Origin: the human T2T-CHM13v2.0 reference genome, Homo sapiens
Reading direction: 5' to 3' (one strand)
Length of the DNA stretch: 64,000 nucleotides
NCBI RefSeq assembly: GCF_009914755.1
Contig: NC_060947.1
The position numbers and the translations under genes are program-made. Position 1 is the first letter of the stretch; each line of letters starts with the position of its first letter. Shown here piece by piece: positions 44,894-61,088 of the stretch. The notes beneath the pieces were generated by a model. The model did no database searches. It was not told where the DNA came from and worked only from the letters and a program-made list of their open reading frames with translations.

Positions 44894-46818
44894 CACAAAA
44901 ATAACTAGTACAATCAAAGGAAGTATGTGAAACAGCCACTTAAAACTCATTAGTATTTAGCTGTTAACAGAGAAAAGTTTTAGTTTTGGAATGTACTGGG
45001 TAATTAATTTACCAGAGAGCCATAGCATGATGAAGGGATAATCCAGATCACTCAAGACTATCCTAATAGGCCAAACTGCCCTATTCAAAGTGAGACTTTG
45101 ACACTACTTTTGATAGAGTGGGTAAAGTGAACAGTGAGAGCAAAACAAATCCCCGCTATATACATTAAAGCTTAAAACATGCAGACCCTTGGGATAAACA
45201 AGTTTCGTGCTCTTTGGGATCTGTCACCTGGCAAGGGCCTTCTCCTTGCTTTTTACCCATTTCTAAGGCTGCATTGCTTTGCTCATCCATTTAGTTGATC
45301 AAAATGCTCTAAATGACTTTATGCAGGACTGTGGCTTCTTTGGAAGCTTACTTACTACAAACACTCTAAATAAGGATAGATAGTTCCAAGACCCAGGGGA
45401 TTGATATTTGTTGGACACAGTGAAAATTTAAAAGGGACTTTGAAGGATAAAGGACAGTTATGATTTGGATGAGCAGAAAGGGCGTATCTTTCTCCATTTT
45501 ACAGACTATTTTTGTATTCCTATTAGAACTAGTTGGCCACTGTGTTGAGCATACCCTCTCTGGAACTGTTTTCTACCCACAGCTCTTGCTTTACCTTGTA
45601 TCCACCCTGTGAATCTGAAGAAATAAACTGAATAAATAATTTAAAATGTTATCATCTTCTAAGCCAAAAAGTCTGTAGAACTAAGCTCAACTTATGTTGA
45701 AATATAGTCATGAACACACACAAAACTCAACAAAATTGACCATTTTCTTCAAAGCAATGAATTTAATTTAATATACTTTAATCCTAGATGTGGAGCTCCT
45801 TGAAAACATTATTTACAGCACTCATGACCATCTGTATTTATATCACTCTCTTCCTCAATTGCAGCCAGAGTACCCCACTAAGCAATCTTCAACCCTGGAA
45901 GACAGATTTGAATGCAGAAAAAATCATGTCTTTAATTTTAAAATTAGCAATAGACTGAGTACTCAGAGAGACTTGATTGCCATTTAAGAAGTTGCAATGT
46001 TTTAAATTCTATTTCCCAGAGATTCAAGCCTGCAATTAGAGAACTCTGAACAATCAACTAACTGAGCTCTCTAAGAGAGAATATGAGAGGTCAGGCCAGA
46101 GTATGAAATCCAGTAAGTGCCTTAAATATAAGTTTAAAACCTTGACATTTTAAGGGTAGTATCTCAAACAGAAATTTTATGTCTGCATAATAAAGAGGAA
46201 CCAAGTAAATTCCATTATAATGCACTTTCCATCAATTAATTTGGTTTTAGAAATTCAAGAAAAATTATCCTAATGGTTACAGTTACCCTGATAGAAATTC
46301 CATTTCCCCCAATGAGCCATCATAAGACTGGACGGAAAGTTTAGTAAAATAAATACAAGGTCTTTTCTCTGAGCTCCACTCTTCCATTGTAGTCCCCAAA
46401 AAACAAAAGACAACAAACCAGAACATAAGGTTGTATATCAGTTCTACTTTCTCCAGGGTGCAAAAAGCCTGGCATTTTGGGTAGGGTGAATTCTCAGTAA
46501 CTAGAAGCCTGATTTTAGAAAGGTATACTTGTGTCTCTGCTCTGATACAGTCCAAGAGAAAACCATGCAAAATTATCCCAATATTTTATACTGTTATCCC
46601 TTTTTCCCCTCTCCCAATTAAACTATTATTCCACTCCTGCCCTGACCTCAGCTACATCTCTTTCCTAAGATACTAATGAATGAAAACAGCTTGCCCCCTG
46701 AAAAGAACTGTAATTTCAACATACTCAACAAATCTCTGTTAATATGTATTACGTGTAAGGTCTCCTGTTTTATTTGACTTGGGATCAAGGCTTTAAAGAA
46801 AAGCACAGATGAGTGCAT

Positions 46819-46831
46819 ATACACACACACG

Positions 46832-46865
<34 letters not shown>
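46819..46865. repeat. (CA)n with a (CG) core
   Basis: Directly visible alternating purine-pyrimidine tract. Confidence 0.9.
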
Positions 46866-46870
<5 letters not shown>

Positions 46871-49137
46871 TCTTACCTAGGGATATTTCAAATAGTTAAT
46901 GCAGATTGAAGAGATACTTGTTGTGGGGCCTTTTTGGTAAACTTGACCACAAACTTTGGTAGTTCCGAAAGTGCTCTATATCAGAGAGATTGGAAATTCA
47001 AAATTTATGTTTCTGAGGGTTAAAGTTTTCCTCTCATCTTTCAATGTGAGGATATGTTGCAATCCCAAGATAAGCCCTTTGTTTGTATTGATAAATTGAC
47101 TGGCTTCCCCAGCTGAAAAGAATTCCTCCTTTTGTCTTCCCAATTTGTATGTAGGATAGCACAGCCAATAGGCGTTAAGACAGTCCCTTTAAAATATTTT
47201 AAACAACAACAGCCGATTTTATCACTATTGGTAAACATGTTGAATACATTTACTATATGCAGGGTATAGTATGAATAATTTGCAAATTGCATTTACATCA
47301 TTCACTAAGGTGAGCACCCACAACAATTCTATGGGGTGAGTGAAGCACGTCTTATCTCTATTTGACAGATGAACAAAAAATATCCAGAGAATCTCATATA
47401 TTTATTCAACTTTAGAAATTAAATTAAATAAGTGGCATATATGGGACCATTAATCATTTGCATTAGAACTAATTGTACCTAGCATTTCTACAGGAGCTGG
47501 AGAGGCAAGACCCCAGAGTACATGCTTTGCTTTAAAGGAAGTCTGTACAGTTTAAGGAGGAAGGTGCTGATCTGAAGGTATATATTAGGTTTTATGCCCC
47601 AGCATGTAAATCCTCAAGTGGAATGGGAGGGCCTATGAAGACTTGCAAAAGTAAAGAAAGGGAGAAGTTCTCAGCTGTGGGAGAAATGCAGGGTGATGCA
47701 TCAACGCTGGAATTTTGCAACACTGGGGCCAAATTTGCTGAGGTTGTGGCCCAATGTGGGTGATGGGAGTGAAGCATGGGAAATGTATGCTTTAGGCTCT
47801 ATATACCACTGCAAAAAAATTTTTCCCAGGTGGAAAGCTCTTCTAAACAAAACCAACCCAGAGGATGCAGCTGAAAAAAAAACCAAACAAACAAACAAAC
47901 AAAAAAAAACAAAGAAAAACAACTTCCAAAGATTTACTCTTAGACTTCAGAAATCTGTGGAGTTGGAAGTGACCTTAGAGGTCATCCAATCTAACACCTT
48001 CTTTTTATAGAGGAAGAAACAGGCCTAAATGGATGGAGGGAGGGGTAAATGGGTTACACAATGAGTTAGTGAGAGAGCTGTTGTCCCAGCTCAGCACTCC
48101 TTTTCTGTAGTTATTTCTATTTCACCCTGTTTAAAGACAGCTATATCTTTGTAGCAAGAAAATAGCAGTCTGAGTAGAGGCACTGTACAGTTAAAGGGAA
48201 AGAGCAATGAAAGATGCTACTGTAATTTCAGGTTTATAGGCAATCTAAAAAATATGCTTCTCCGGTTTCCCAGAAAGCCTGAAAAGTGAATGATATAGGT
48301 ATGTCTGTGTGCATAGGAGATTTAACTATGGTCACAGTACAACTATCTAAGAGGAGGGTAAGAGGGCTTTGGATAACAAGGGAAACAGTGGATCATAGCT
48401 GTGGGATAACAGAAGAGTTACAAAACGTGCTTGTAATTTCACAGTTTTGGGTCAAAATTTGCAAAAGCTATATTCATCCTGGGAACGGTGAGCTGAGCAT
48501 GGGAAACATATACTACTGTGGGTCTAGAGCTTCAAGGCAGAGAGGACTAGGGTCTGGGGTGGGGAATACCTTCTCAAAATGTAATAAACATCTGCTTCTG
48601 CAGTGTTTGCTATTTTCCAGTCAGATCCTTAAAAGCATTTATTTTTCTTGTAAATTGCCTCAAGGCAGGAAGCACAATGTTGATAATTTGGAGGTCCGCA
48701 AGAAAGAGTGATTTAAAGTTTATCAACGGATCCTGGGTGCAGGTATCTCTCAATGTGCTTTAGGACTCCAGTGAATCCTCTCTTCCATCAATTCTTCGAC
48801 ACTCTGTATCTTCATTTTGCCATTTCCCTAGTCCCGATTTCCTTCATCAGTCCTCTACTCAGGCCTGTCTTCCTCTAAAAACCTCTCGAATCCGTATTTA
48901 CTTCTCAGGTAATAGCTCTCGGCCCCCAAGTGGAACTTCTATTCTGTCAGAGCAGCTGATTATACTAACTTATAACATGGTTTGGATCACTGGTCAACCC
49001 TACTATACCTGCATAGCCCACTGAGATGTTTTTGCATCTTTAAACAATATTTATATTATTTTTGTCTCAAAATTATTAAAATGACATGAAATAAGTGTTC
49101 CAGAAGGCTTATTAAAACAAAGGAATGTCTATTTAAG

Positions 49138-49320
49138 GCAGGGGCAGACAAACTTTGTGTGTGAAGGGCCAAGGAGTAAATATTTTAAGTTTTGAAGGCC
49201 ATATGATCACTGTTGCAGCTACTTGGCTCTGTCATTGAGCACAAATAACATTATAGACAACACATGCATGAATAAGTGTAGCTGTATTACAATAAAACTT
49301 TATTTATAAAAACAGGCAAG
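49138..49320. mobile_element. MER58A-like hAT transposon
   Basis: gtaaatattttaag...caataaaactttatttataaaaacaggc. Confidence 0.75.
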
Positions 49321-50250
49321 CAGTGTGAGGAGCTCAGCAGACCCTCTTTCCAAGAGTAACAATCATGTAGCTGATGAAAATTATAGAAAACAACCATTTA
49401 AATACTCTGAAAATTGATCTAAGTACCACACAGAAATCAGTGACACAATTATCCCAAAAAGTCTACTGAATCTTGTCCATAAGGGTCAGTGGCATTTGAG
49501 GTATGCACTGCTCCCATTCCCTGCCTTCCTCAGCTTCATGTTATGGAAGATTTACTCTAGGTTCTCTACTTGGGCAAGTGTGGCCAAGAAAATAACAGCT
49601 CCCTTTTTTTCCTCAGCTCTACCTGGAGGGGTGCAGGAGATAGGCTTATTTCAGGCCATAGATCCATGTTGCTTAAGCCTTATTATCAGCATATGTGGCT
49701 GAGAGGACTGAGTTTTTCCTTTCACCCAACTCACAATCATAGAGCTAGGACTTTGCCCTGGCAGTGACTGATGATACTGGAGCCTGATTGGCCCTACCCC
49801 AGTTTTCTCATGGGACAGATATTCCATACCAGAAGAGGGAAGCTGAGAAAACCCAGAGCTACCATATTTCTCCACCCCCAGCACCTACTAGTAGAGCAGT
49901 AGTGTCACTTCACAAGAAACAGACTGTTGTCTCCACCCTCAGCTCCTGTGAAATGGCACAGAAGATCTGCCCATTGAAAGAGGCAGGTCATTAAAACAGC
50001 TCTGTTTAAGGAAACCCACATTTTTGGAACAAAGAGTAAAGAACTCCAGGCCTGATGGCTTTGTCAAAAATGAGATTTGGTGAGCACAAATTAAGAGGCA
50101 GCTGGTAGCTCTGATATAAGCAAAACAACAGAACATCCAGGGGTTTAATAGAAATAACTAGGGAAAGAGACATCCAAGGTGAGCCCTCTGGGATCACAGT
50201 AAACTATAGGAGTTGGAAAGACTGTGTGCATGTACTTCTCATAAAGCATC

Positions 50251-53200
50251 TGTATTAGTCTGTTTTCACACTGGTATTAAAAACTTCCTTGAGGCTGAGT
50301 AATTTATAAAGGAAAGAGATTTAATTGATTTACAGGTCCACATGGCTGGAGAAACCTCTGGAAATTTACCTTCATGGAAGAAGGGGAAGTGGAAGCAGAA
50401 GCAGGCTGAAGGTGGCAGGAGAGAGAGAAGAGAAAGTGAATGGTGAAGATCCTCTTATAAAAACCATCAGATCTCATGAAAACTAACTCACTATCGCAAT
50501 AAAAGCATGGTGGAAATGGCCCCTATGAGCCAATCATCTCCCTCCCCCAACACATGGAGATTACATGTCCCTTCCTCAACAAGTGGGGATTACAATTCGA
50601 GATGAGATTTGGGTGGGGACACAGAGACAAACCATGTCATTCCAACCCTGGGCCCTTCCAAATGTCATATCCTCACATTTCTAAACCAATCATGCCTTCT
50701 CAACAGTCCCCCAAAGTCTTAACTCATTTCAGCATTAACTCAAAAGTCCACAGTCCAAAGGCTTGTCTGAGACCATAAAGTCCCATCTGCCTATGACCCT
50801 GTAAAATCAAAAGCAAGCTGGTTACTTACAAGATACAATGGAGGTACAGACATTGGGTAAATGTTTCCATCCCAAATGGGAGAAATTGGCCAAAACTAAG
50901 GGGCCACAGCACAGGCCCAATGCAATTTGAAAACTCAGTGGGGCAGTCATTAAATCTTAAAGCTCTGACATGGTTTTCTTTGAGACCATGTTTCACATCC
51001 AGGTCAAGAGGTGGGCTCCCATAGTATTGGGCAGCTTGACCACTGTGGCTTTGCAGGGTACAGCCCCCTGCTCCCAGCTGCCTTCACAGGCTGGCATTGT
51101 CTGTGGCTTTTCCAGGAGCATGGTGTAAGCTCTTGGTGTATCTAACATTCTAGGGTCTGGAGGATGGTAGTCCTCATCTCACAGCTCCACTAGGTAGTTC
51201 CCCAGTAAGGACTCTGTGTGGAGGCTCCCCACATTTTCCTTCCAGACTGCCCTATCAGAGGTTCTCCATGAGGACTTCACCCCTAAAGCAGACTTCTGCC
51301 TGGACATCCAGGCATTTCCATACATCCTCTGAAATCTCATCAGAGGTTCCCAAACCTCAATTTTTGACTTCTGTGCACCTGCAGGCCCAACACCATGTGG
51401 GAGCCTCCAAGGCTTTGGGCTTGCACCCTTTGAAACTACAGCCTGAGCTGTACCTTGGCCCCTTTTAGCCATGGCTGGAACTGGAGTGGCTGAGACACAG
51501 GGCACAAAGTGCTGAGGCTGCACCACTGAAGCAATGGCCTGAGATGTATGTTAACCCCTTTTAGCCATGGCTGGTATGCAGGGCACCGAGTTCTGAGACT
51601 GTGTAAAGAAGCAGGGTCCTGGGTCTGGCCCACGAATCCATTTCTGCCTTGACCCTGTGATGGGAGGGGCTGCCACCAAAATCTGTGACATGCCCTGGAG
51701 ATATTTTTCCCCTTTGTATTGAAGATTAATATTTGGCACTTCGTTACTTCTGAACATTTCTGCAGCAGGCTTAAATTTCTCCCCAGAAAATGGGTTTTTC
51801 TTTCCTATTGCATAGTCAGATTGCAACTTTTCCAGACTTTTATGTGCTGCTTTCCTTTTAAAAATAAGGTCCAATTTTTGTCAGACAAATGCACAAAAAA
51901 TAAAATGAATGCACTATTTTATGTTGCTTGTTAATACAGAGAAGTGAATTCATTGGAAAATATTCCAGATAATCAGAAACTAAAATAATGAGGGGAAAAA
52001 CTCAGCTACTTGTAGAATTGTATATTTTCTCTCTCACTCATTATTTTTCCCTTTCGTTTTCAAATAATTGTTGTCTTCTCAATGAATTTCATATTTTATT
52101 CCTGCTTTGAAAATTAGCTTTAGACACATTCCAAAACAATTCTGCACTTTGATAATCATTAACAAATGTTACCTGAGCCTGACGTTTCCGGCCATACAGC
52201 CAAGAGATAAATGTTTTATGAGGCTTCCCCTTTAAAAGAGACTACATTCACCCTCAGGCACCTATACCTCTGGAACTTTTCTTCTTGTACAAACCTGTGT
52301 CTTTCTTTGCATTTCAAAATGAAATGATTTATGTTGATTTAAATATTTTCTAAACATTGGTACAGCTATAGGCTTGATATAGTGATTCTCTTTTGCCCAC
52401 CTCATATCCCCTAACCCTAAATCTAAAATATTTATTTGAAATGTTTCTCCACACAGCATGAAGGTGGAAAAGTACATATACTAGGAATTAGTCTTATTCA
52501 CACAAATTCCCTGGTCATGTTTTGTGAACCTCAATTATGCCAGAACTGGTTTCTTCCACTAAATTGAGCTCCTAGAGCACACAGGTCATGTATTTTTTAT
52601 TTTCTTCAGAGTGTGTCTGCTTTGCACAAATTAGGTGCTCAACAAAACTTGGCTCGGATTGTCCCTATAATGTATAATGTGTAATTGTAACTATAATGAC
52701 ATGTCAAATGTAGTACAGTTAGAAATAAAAAGTTAAATTTATAGTATTACTGTGACTTTATTTGGTATTTTATTATAATGTACTTTTCAAACAAATTCTG
52801 ACAATATATGGAGGGAATATGGAAAACAAAACTTTGAGAATGCACACATGATTAAAGCATTTCATATTAAAATCTGCATCTAATTCTTCCACAGCTATTG
52901 AGGCTGATCATTTTCTAATGTCATTATTCTAATAATATGTAATAGAAATAAATCTTACAAGATATGCAAATAAGTATTTGTATATGACTTACTTATGGAA
53001 ACTTGTATAGATTTTATATTGAACACGAACTGCATATTCTTCATTTTAATTTCACTAACACTAGCTAAGTCTTTTTAATAATCTAAACAAAACTTCTAAG
53101 CTGCGAGGGGCTGCAATTCATTTTTTGATTTAATTCCAAAGTTCCTTTCAGAGTAATAAAAACATTTTCTAAGAAAAAAAAAGTTCCAATTTCAGATCAT

Positions 53201-53932
53201 GTCTCTCAAGTTCAAAGTTACACAGATCTCTAGGGCAGGGGCAAAATGCCACCAGTCCCTTTGCTAAAACTTAGCAAGAGTGATCTTTGCTTAAGTTCCC
53301 AAGAAGTTCCTCATCCCCATCTGAGACTGCTTCAGCCTGGACTTCATTGTCCACATCATTATCTGCATTTTGGTCCAAACCATTCAACAAGTCTCCAGGA
53401 AGCTCCAAACTTTACCACATCTTCCTGTCTTCTTCTGAGTCCTCCAAACTGTTGCAACCTCCACCTCTTACCCAGTTCCAAAGCTGCTTTCACATTTTCA
53501 GGTTATCCTTATAGCACTATCTCTATCTCCAAGGTACCAATTTACTGTATTAATCCGTTTTCACTTTACTGTATTAATCTATTTTCACACTGCTATAAAG
53601 AACTCCCTGAGACTGGGTAATTTATAAAGAAAAGAGGTTTTATTGACTCGCAGTTCCACATGGCTGAGGAGGTCTCAGGAAACTTACAATCATGGTGGAA
53701 GGGAAAACAGAAGCATGCACCTTCTTCACAAGGAGGCAGGATGGAGGGAAGCGACAGCAAAGGAGGAAGAGCTCCTTATAAAACCATCAGATCTCATGAG
53801 AATTAACTCACTATCATGAAAACAGAATGGGGTAAATTGCTCCCGTTATTGAATCATCTCCCTCCCTTGACACATTGGGATTACAATTTGAGATGAGATT
53901 TGGATGGGGACACAGAGCCAAAAAATATATCA
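50251..53932 (-). mobile_element. THE1D/MSTA-type MaLR provirus (two LTRs plus internal region)
   Basis: LTRs at ~50251-50638 and ~53546-53932; internal ORF remnant 51179..51526 (VWEPLMRFQRMYGNAWMSRQK); ggtaccaatttac junction. Confidence 0.9.
51878..53174 (+). other. Retrotransposed anonymous AT-rich sequence (3'UTR retrocopy or orphan transduction)
   Basis: Interrupts the MaLR internal region; AATAAA at 53155, A-tail, ~18-bp TSD, tttt/aaaa target site. Confidence 0.75.
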
Positions 53933-55900
53933 TCAGAGCAGGATATAGGCCAACTTGAAAACATCCCTCAAGCCACACACTGAACAATCAGTAGAAAGTG
54001 AAAGCTTACTGGCTCAAGGGGCTTAAGCACAACCTCTGGCCAATTACTGACTGAATAATAAACTATTCTGTGGTTACTACTGAGTCACTTCATGGTGGCT
54101 ACTAAGAATCTAGGCATAAAAATAAGATCACAATCAACATTGGTGGTCTGGAAGACTGTACATGCCCAAGATTGTAACAAGAGAGGGAATTTCTCTCAGG
54201 GGTGGCCATGGAAGGGTTTTCTAAACCATTTGTTCCAGAACGAAAATGAAGCAAATGCAAGTCCCCTGAATAGTAGAACAATCTCCAAGCCATGCACACA
54301 CATTGGAGTGGAGTGAAAATCTAACTGACTCAAAGGCTTAAGTCCAACTATAAGTGGTTTATTCTGAACCAGGGAACCCAGGCTAAATGAGGTAAAATGG
54401 GGAGGGCATCTGAGGAGGGACGCCAGACACTGAACAATGCAGGAAAAATAGACATCACAGAAACAGTGCAACCAAGTCACTAACAAAATAATGAGTGGTC
54501 AAACAAATAACAAAAGCAGCCCATGCCAGAAATAAAAGGACCTCAGTATCCAGAGTAACTATTATTTGTTCTAGTTTTCCACAGAAAATTCACAATATGT
54601 AGAGAAATAGGAAAATGTGATCTATACGCAGGAAATAAAACAAGTATTAGAAAGAATCTTGTAGAGCATCTTGGAGAGCTCTTAGCCAAGATGTCAAAGC
54701 AGCTATTATAAATATGTGCAAATAACTTTAAAAAACTATGTTTAATGCATTAAATGAAGACATGAAAATGTTATATCAATAAGCAAATAATAAAAAAATT
54801 ATAAAAATGAAAAATCTGAGCAAGAAAACTAAGATAAACAAAGAAAAAATTTACTAGAGGGGCTCAAGTACACATTTAGTCCTCAGATTAAAGAATCTGT
54901 AAACTTTACGATAGATCAATAGCGATTATGCAATCTGAAGAACAGGAAGAAAAAGGAAAGAAGAAAAATTAAAAGAGCCTCCGAGAAAAGTGGGACGTAA
55001 TGAAGCAGAGAAATATATACATAAGGGAAATTCCAAAAGGAGAGTAAACAATACATGTACAGAAAAAAAATTTAAATGATGCCTGTAAACTTTACCAATG
55101 TGATAAAAAACGCTAATCTTCAAATCCAAGAAATTCAGTGAATTCCAAGAATGAAGAAAAGAAAGAAGTCCTCAACCAGCCACATCATGGTCAAAATGTT
55201 GAAAGCCAAAGGTAAAAAGAAAATAATGAAAGCAGTAAGAGAAAAACAATTACTCATGTTCAAGAAGCCACAATAAAATTAAAAATGAACTTCACATCAG
55301 GAACAATAGAAGCCATGAGGCAGTGAGATGACATATTTAAAATGCTGAGAGAGAAAGAAAAATGACACTGAGAAATTAAGTATCCAACAATAATATCCTT
55401 CAAATATGAAGAAAAAATTAAGAACATTGCCAGAAAAACTAAAACAGATATTTTCTTTCTGGAAGACATGCCTTGAAAAAAATTACTAATTAAGTTATTC
55501 AGGCTGAAGGAAAGCAATACTAGATTATAATTCAAATCCACATATAAAACCAAAGAACTTAAATAAAGACAGTTATATGAGTAAGCAAAAGTGACAGCAT
55601 GATTACATATATATTTCCTTTCCTGAAATAATTTAAAAAGCAAGTGCATAAAACAGTATGCATGTAATTGTATTATAGAGATTATAAACATATATTTATT
55701 TAAGATATTGAGAATAACTGTATGACAGTAAGAAAATTATTTTAAGTAATAATTCAAATTAAAGGAAGGACATTGATTCTTCCAATCCATGAGCATGGGC
55801 TGTTTTTCACTTGTTTGTGTCGTTTATATCTTCCATCAGGTGTTTTGTAGTTCTACTTACAGAGATCTTTCACCTCCTTGGTTAAATGTATTCCTAGGTA

Positions 55901-55946
<46 letters not shown>

Positions 55947-57724
55947 TATAGTGAATGGGATTGAGTTCTTGATTTGATTCTCAGCTTGAGTGTTATTGGT
56001 GCATGGAAATGCTACTGATTTTTGTATGTTAATTTTGTGTCCTGAAACTTTACAAAAATGTGTTTATGAAGTCTAGGAGCCTTTGGAGGTGTCATTAGGA
56101 TGTTCTGTGTATATGATCATGTCATCAGGGAACATAGATAATTTGATTTCCTCTTTTCAAATTTGGATGCCTTTTATTTTTTTCTCTTTCCTGACTACTT
56201 TGGCTAGTACTTCCAGTACCATGTTTAATAGGAGTCTTGAGGCTGGACAACCTTGCCTTATTTCAGTTCTTAGGGAGAATGCTTGCAACTTGTCCCCATT
56301 CAGTATTGGTTTGTCATAGATGGCTCTTATTATTTTGAGATATGTTCTTCCAAGGTTTAATTTGATGAAAATTTTTGTCATGAAAATATACTGGATTTTA
56401 TTGACTGCCTTTTCTGCATCTATTAAGATGATCATATGTTTTTTTTTTCCTTTTTAGTTCTGTTTATGAGATGAATCACATTTTTTGATTTGCAGATATT
56501 GTACCATCCTTGGATCCCTGGAGTAAAACCCACTCAATTGTGATGAATTATTTTTTGATGTGTTGTTGTATTCATTCAGTTTGTATTCAGTTGTATTCAG
56601 TTTGTATTATGTTGCATTCAGTTTGTATTCAGTTTTGATGTGCTGTTGCATTCAGTTAGTATTATGTTGAAGATTTTTGCATCAATGTTAGCAGGGATAT
56701 TGGCCCTTAGTTTTCTTTTTTTGCTGTGTCCTTGTTTGATTTTGGTATCAAGGTGATACCGATTTCATAGAATGAGTTGGGCAGGAATCCTTCTCCCTTA
56801 ATTTTTTTGGAATAGTTTCAGTAGGATTGGTACTAGGCTTTCTTTGTACATCTGGTAACATTTGGCTGTGAATACTCCCGGCCCTGGGCTTTTTTTGTTG
56901 TAAGGGTTTTTATTACTGATTCAATTTCATTACTCATTATTAGTCTGTTCAGGATTTCTGTTTCTTTCTGGGTGAATCTTGGAGGATTGTATATTTCCAG
57001 GAATTTATTCAATTCCTTTATGTTTTCTAGTTCGTGTGCATAGCTGTCCTGATGTTGATAGGTATTCATAGCATCCATGATGATCTTTTGTTTTCCTGTG
57101 GTATCAGTTGTAATGTCCTCTTTCAAATTTCTTTGTTCTTATTTGAATCTTATCTTGATTTTTCTTGGTTAATCTACCTAGTAACCCATCAATTGTATTT
57201 ATTCTTTCAAAAAACCAACTTTGTGTTTCATTGATTTGTTGTATCTTTCGTTGGTCTCAATTTTATTCAGTTGTGCTTTGATCTTTGTTGTTTCTTTACT
57301 TCTGCTAGCTTTGGGTTTGGATTGTTCTTGTTTTACTGGTTCCCTGAGGTTTGATGTTAGGTTGTTAATTTGAGATCTTTCCATCTTTCTGATGTGGGCA
57401 TTTAATGCTATAAACTTCTACCTTAGCACTGATTTTGCTGTTTTTCAGAAGTTTTAGTATGCTGTGCCTATTTTCATGTTTTCAAAAAATAATTTATTTC
57501 TGCCTCAATTTAATTGTTTACCCAAAGTTCATTTGGGAGCAATTGTTTTGCTTTCATCTACTTGTGTAGATTTGAGAGCTCCTCTTGGCATTGATTTCTA
57601 ATTTTATTCCACTGTGGTCTGACAAGATACTTAATATGATTTGGATTATTTTTGAATTTATTGATACTTGCTTTATGAACAAGCAGATGATTGATTAGGC
57701 TTATTGATTGGAATAATCAATATA

Positions 57725-59160
<1,436 letters not shown>

Positions 59161-60636
59161 GCCTAAGCAAAATAAACATATGCAGAGGCATTACACTATC
59201 TGGCTTCAAATTATACTACAAGGCTATAGTAACTCAAATTACATGGTACTGGTACAAAAACAAATGCATTGATCAATGGAATAGAATGAAGAGCCCAAAT
59301 ATAAAACCACACACCTAAAACCAACTGATTTTTGACACATTGACAAACAAACAATGGGGAAAAGACACTCTATTTAATAAATAGTAATGGGAAAACTGGG
59401 TTGCTATCTGCAGAAGAATGAAACTGGACCACTATCTCTCACCATATGCAAAAATTAACTCAAGATGATTTAATGCCTTGAATGTAAGACCTGAAATATA
59501 AAAATCCTACAAGACAATCTAGGAAAAACTCTTCTGGGCATTGGCCAATACAAAGAATTTATTGTAAAGACCCCAAAAGCTAGTGCAACAGAAACAAAAA
59601 TAGACAAATGGCACATAATTAAACTAAAAGGCTTCTGCACATCAAAAGAAATAATCAACAGAGTAAACATAAAACCTATAGAATGGGGGAAAATATTTGC
59701 AAATTATGCCTCTGACAAAAGGCTAATACCCCAAATCTACAAGGAACTCAAACAATTCAACAAGAGGAAAAAAATTGAAAACAGGACAAAAGACATGAAC
59801 AGACAAATACTTTTAAAAATGCTCAGTATTGCTAATTATTAGAGAAACACAAATTAAAATAACAATGAGATATTATTTTATACCAGTCAGAATGGCTATT
59901 ACTAAAAAGTCAAAAAACAACAGATGTTTGCATGGATGCAGACAAAAGGGACCATATACATTGTCAGTGTGAATATAAATGAGTTCAACCTCCACGGAAA
60001 ACAGTGTATAGACTTCTCAAAGAACTAAAAGTAGTGCTGTTTAACCCAACAATTGCACCACTGGATATCTTCCTAAAGGAAAACAAATCATTATATCAAA
60101 AAGACAGTAGTACTTGTGTGTTGATGGCAACACTATTCATAACAGCAAAATCATGGAACCAACCTCAGTGCCCATCAATGGTTGACTGGCCAAAGAAAAT
60201 GTGATATATACACACTGTGAAATTCTATGCACCCATAGAAAATGAAATTGTGTCCTTTGCAGCAACATGGATGCAGCTGTAGGTCATTATCCTAAGTAAA
60301 CAAATTCAGAAGTAGAAAACTAAATACAGCATGTTCTCACTTATAAGTGGGAGCTGAACAATAGTTACACATGGACAGAAAGATGGAAATAATAGACACT
60401 GGGAACTTCAAAAATGGGAAGAAAGGGAAAGGGGTAAGGGTTCAAAAATTACCTATTTGTTACAGTGTTAAGTATTTGGGTTATGGGTACATCAGAAGCC
60501 CAATCCCCACCAGTATGCAATTTACCCATGTAACAAACATGCACATGTGCCCCTGAATCTAAAAATACGTTTTTAAATATCCACAGGAAGAAATGAAAAG
60601 AACAGAAATGATTAAAAAAAAAAAAGCAGGTTAATT

Positions 60637-61088
<452 letters not shown>

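Noticed and set aside
48286-48960. 141-aa ORF and adjacent CpG-containing unique sequence
   Set aside because: No recognisable protein similarity or exon structure; cannot be supported without a search.
51455-51610. Repeated ccccttttagccatggctgg in the MaLR internal region
   Set aside because: Probably a feature of the internal consensus or a trivial local duplication.
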